DNA of 64,000 bases from Daphnia carinata (taxonomy: Eukaryota): NCBI RefSeq assembly GCF_022539665.2, contig NC_081333.1:5890001-5954000 (forward strand). Direction: 5' to 3'. Below the pieces are notes generated by a model. The model ran no database searches. It was not told where the DNA came from and worked only from the letters and a program-made list of their open reading frames with translations. Below are positions 60,166 to 64,000 of this stretch, piece by piece. Every line of letters starts with the position of its first letter. Within the stretch, counting starts at the first letter, position 1. A program made the translations under genes and the position numbers.

Positions 60166-62261
60166 GGAGCTACGAAGAAAGAAGAGGGAACTACTTGAAG
60201 ACAATTAAGAATTCTTTTTGCTTCATGTTTTAATTTTGACGGTTGTTTAATCAAGAAGATTTTGTGATAAAGAAAGGACAGCTAGCCTTTGTTGTGAAAC
60301 TGGTGCGAAATCGCAAAATACAATCCTTTCGTTTTCCCATCCTAAATCCCTTTTCGTGTCGCTTTCTCAGAAAGAAAACTCGCCTTGGGAAATCCCACAC
60401 TAATTGTTTTACAGATTCATTTTTCAGATAGCTTTGTAACTCAACAACAAGATGGCCACCAAGAAATCATTGACGCAAGCAGCCATCGTACTAACCATTG
60501 ATGTTTTAGAAAAAGAGCTGCATAAGGACTTGAAAAATTATGACGAAGCATGCGATGAAGACAGGTTACGAGAAGCTGAGATGTCTTTTCAATTAGCCCA
60601 AGATAGAATGATGAGACTGGAAAAGAACTACCAGACTCTCATCCCTATTTTAGAAGGCGAAACTCAGGAGAAATACCTTCAACAACATGAAGACTTCATC
60701 AACAGGTTCCAGAAAATGAAGATTGATTGGAGGAGAAGAAGACCACCTGAGAGCAGAAGAAGCCCTCAACAACGAGAACCTGTACTTCGAGTCGCTGCGC
60801 AGAGTGAAGAGGAGCAGAGTGAAGAGGAGAGATCTCCAACTACGAACACTGCCCCAGCAATAAACGCACTTACTTTGCAACCTACTGCAGACGCTATGAT
60901 ATAGCACATCTGCTACCCAGGATTGAAATTTCCAAATTCGACGGTGATCTACACAAATGGAGGGATTGGTGGGCGATTTTTCGCACGCTTATCCACGAAA
61001 ACCAATCCATGAGGCCCATCGAAAAATTTAGCAGATTGAAACTACACATAACGGAGGAAGCTGCTGGTGCGATTTCGTACTTGGATCTAACTGAAGACAA
61101 TTACACCAAGGCGATAGAAATTCTAAATGGGAAATACAACAAACCGAGATCGGTGAAAGCTGACCATTATATTGCCATTACAGAACTAAGAAAAGTAGAA
61201 CGTCAAGAGGACCACAAAGCCTTACGACAACTACACGACAAGGCAATGGGCCATGCTTTAAATCTCGACAACCTAGAACAGCCTACAGCTCAAAACGAAG
61301 CTATTATGGAGATCATCATAAGAAAACTGCCAATTGAGTTAATATCAAGATGGCACGGAGAGACCAGACGGTCACAGAAGACATTGAAACATCTCTTTAG
61401 TTTCATCGATTCGATAGCTGAAGACTGGAAATATGCCTATTCCACAGAGAAACACGAGAAGAAGAAGACGAAACCAGAAGCACCAGAGAAACCACAACGA
61501 GTTACGTTCGCAACAACGCCAACGGCAGCTGAGTTAGCAGTCACAGGGACTGCAACTGAATACCCAAGAAATCCGAAGTACCGGAAACAGTTTAACTTGG
61601 AAAAAAGTAGATGTTTATTTTGTAATGATAAACACCCCCCGACCAAATATGATGTCACACTAGAAAACAAAATTGAGCAAGTTAAGAAAGAAAAAAGGTG
61701 TTGGAAGTGCCTTGGACAAAATCATCAAGTGAAAGAGCAATCAATAATAATAGCATCAAGTAAATGCTACAAATGCGGAAAAGATCACCACACGGCCATC
61801 TGCAACAGGGCAGTTAATCCGAAATCGGTGACGGCAACATTGGCGGCATCTCCAATGTTAAAGGTAGCAGATGACGCTCCTCTTTCAATAGAAGCACGCC
61901 TATTTGGTGGCGTATACGTCCAAACGGCAACAGTAATAGTGGAGGGCCCAAAAGGATGGTTGAAAGCTATTGCTTACATCGATCAAGGATCGAATGCAAC
62001 CTTAATTCGAAGCGAACTCGCTCAAACTCTAGGACTACAGGAAGTCGGGAAAATCAATCTGAAGCTGCAAGCAGTGGGACACGTGCATCCAGAAAAAGAA
62101 CGGAGCGTAAGAAAGTTGCGACTTCAAGGACTCATCCCACAAGCCGAAGAGATTGAATTAGAAGCGATCGAGCAGCCCGAAATCGGGAAGGTTGCTGGAT
62201 CAAAAAAGACAGAATTCGTCAGCGAACTTTGGAGTCAAGGATACCAACTCACAGATGACAG

Positions 62262-63101
62262 CCCACACAACAATTGAAAGCCAAAAGTCATCGTAAGTCC
62301 GTCCCACTAGGACAACCAGGACAGGACTGATATAGGCGCGAAAATAGATGTACAGTAGCCACGTTTGTTGTCTAGGAAATCACTATATCTGTTCTTGACG
62401 TCTTAAGACCCACATTTGGCCAAATCCTGTGTTGCCAGTTTTGACATATATGTAATTCAAACGTAGAATGTTCAAAGTTTATTCTTTACAACTAAACTGG
62501 TAAGCAAATTGATACTGTAAGTGTCACTAAAATGAGGGAGTTAGAAAAATATATTTTATTTTGCATAAAAATATTATCTCAAATAATTCATTTTCTTAAA
62601 AAATTTACAAATCATACTTAAGTTTCAAAATCTAAAAAAAAATTGCCTAATTTGTTTAATAACTTTTGAAGGATCGATGGTCTAACTTATTTTCGACTTT
62701 AATTTTTTGTTTGAAAATTGTTTTTTAGACCTGTTGTCGAAAAAAAAACTCGAATATTTTTCTATATTTCTATTGTATTGTTTGAAAATAATGATGTAGA
62801 GAATAGTCCAGTGGAAAGAGCGTCCGACTGTGATGCGGGAGACCCGAGTTCGATACCAGCCATATTCACATCTTTTAAAATTACATTATTAAACGGTACA
62901 AAAGTGGTCCAGTTCACCGCCTAAACTGGTTGTGGACGACTGGTTAAAGATGCACACGGGCTTCGTTTCTGCCGGACATCTAGATGTGCAGAAGGCAGCC
63001 AAAACACGACATTTAAGAATTTCGCCCCGTCTTATGGACGTCGTAGTGGTCCAGTGAGAACCAAAAATGGTCATTTAAAGGACATCAGTGTGCTGTGTGG
63101 G
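62262..63101. mobile_element. 840-bp non-autonomous CACTA/EnSpm-like (CMC) element with CCC termini and 2-bp TSD
   Basis: AG|CCCACACAACA ... TGCTGTGTGGG|AG; excision restores the in-frame LTDD-RILSG of BEL #4. Confidence 0.85.
62796..62876 (+). other. tRNA-derived cassette (tRNA-Asp-like body, GTG at the anticodon position) with TTTT terminator
   Basis: TAGTCCAGTGG A-box; CCGACTGTGATGCGGGAGACCCGAGTTCGATACC resembles tRNA-Asp CCGCCTGTCACGCGGGAGACCGGGGTTCGATTCC; acceptor and T stems pair poorly. Confidence 0.65.
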
Positions 63102-64000
63102 AGAATTCTAAGCGGGAGAGCAGGACCATGCCAAATCGACGTCTTGATCGGAGCGAATCAAATCTGGAAGGTTCTCGGCTCGAAACAGATCGTCTCGAAA
63201 ACGGGTATTCGAGCGATAGAAAGCAAATTTGGATGGTTGTTACTTGGGCAAGATGAGACAGTGGCGATATCGTCTAACACGGCAATCGGCTTTCTCTTAA
63301 AAGCCAAACAAGGAACACCAGAAAATTTGGAAGAAAACACAGACCAGAAAACTGACGAAATAGATTTCGCCAGATGGTGGAAGCTGGAAAGCTTGGATCC
63401 ACTCGAAAAAATTCCACTATCTATACAGTGGAAATCCTATTCAGATTCCATTGTTCAAGATGAAGATGGACATTATGTAGCACCACTCCCATGGAATGAA
63501 AATAAAAATCGTCTAAGCAAGAATGAAGCCATGGCAGAAGGTCAGGCAAAGGCGCTGATAAGAAGATTGGACAGGGATAAGGAGATGAAGACTTCGTATG
63601 AAGCCGAATTCGCCAAATTAAAAGAGTTCAAATTCATTTCCAAAGCAGATACCTCATTTGGGGGTATCTACACTATCCTGCCTCATCATCCGGTTGTCAG
63701 AAGTGACAAAACAACCAGCAGAGTTAGGCCTGTTTTCAACGGTTCAGCGAAACCGAAAACAGGTTTCAGCGCAAACGACTGCCTAGAAGAAGGACCCAAT
63801 CTGAACCCGGACCTTCTCGACGTGATGTTGCTATTTAGGTTGAATCCAATCGTCTAGACAGCTGACATCAGACAAGCTTTTCTCATGGTGAAGCCACTTA
63901 AAGAAGACGCGGAAGCGTTAAGATTCTACTTAGAAGACGAAGACGTCCCAGGATCGCTGCAACTATACAAATGGAATAGACTTCCATTCGGACTAACATG

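Larger units (their letters stand above)
58899..64000 (+). mobile_element. BEL/Pao element #4 (5' part; runs off the window)
   Basis: Probable LTR 58899-59235 (TGTTGCGG...TTACA), PBS TGGTCCTTCGA at 59236, ORF0, gag, protease (YIDQGS) and RT start (LPHHPVVR..RVRPVFNGS..GPNL..ADIRQAF). Confidence 0.93.
60452..64000 (+). pseudogene. BEL #4 gag-pol with a frameshift (~60900), a DNA-element insertion and a TAG at 63855
   Basis: LPRIEISKFDGDLHKW..EKFSRLK; CLFCNDKH, CWKCLGQNH, CYKCGKDHHTAIC; IDVLIGANQIW..SKFGW. Confidence 0.93.

Noticed and set aside
62796..62876. Functional tRNA gene (also 1503, 2760, 57082, 58255)
   Set aside because: Acceptor and T stems do not pair properly; kept only as tRNA-like cassettes.

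Overview
Eukaryotic, transposon-dense genomic DNA with no intact host gene. Short ~55-65 nt GT-AG introns and the gene fragments suggest an arthropod, probably a Daphnia-like crustacean (inference). The window is a nested transposon graveyard containing: four BEL/Pao LTR elements (one complete with 1243-bp LTRs, a 5-bp TSD and a 1328-aa pol frame); two Gypsy-type elements with different envelope-like genes (a rhabdovirus-G-like remnant at 1-935 and a baculovirus-F/errantivirus-like remnant at ~28950-30820); a solo LTR; two non-autonomous Helitrons; a CCC-ended 2-bp-TSD insertion; and a 70-bp satellite. Most notable: (1) a ~13.9-kb Mutator-like element with ~860-bp TIRs and an 8-9-bp TSD that carries an intron-containing SURF6 pseudogene and no recognisable transposase (Pack-MULE-like); (2) a diverged copy of the same TIR arm next to fused, intron-containing AIFM1 and Jade/rhinoceros fragments and a PHD-FLYWCH transposase remnant; (3) recurrent accessory ORFs in the LTR elements, including a spliced ORF upstream of a BEL gag; (4) degenerate tRNA-like cassettes embedded in several elements. 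All homology calls come from manual motif recognition, not database searches.
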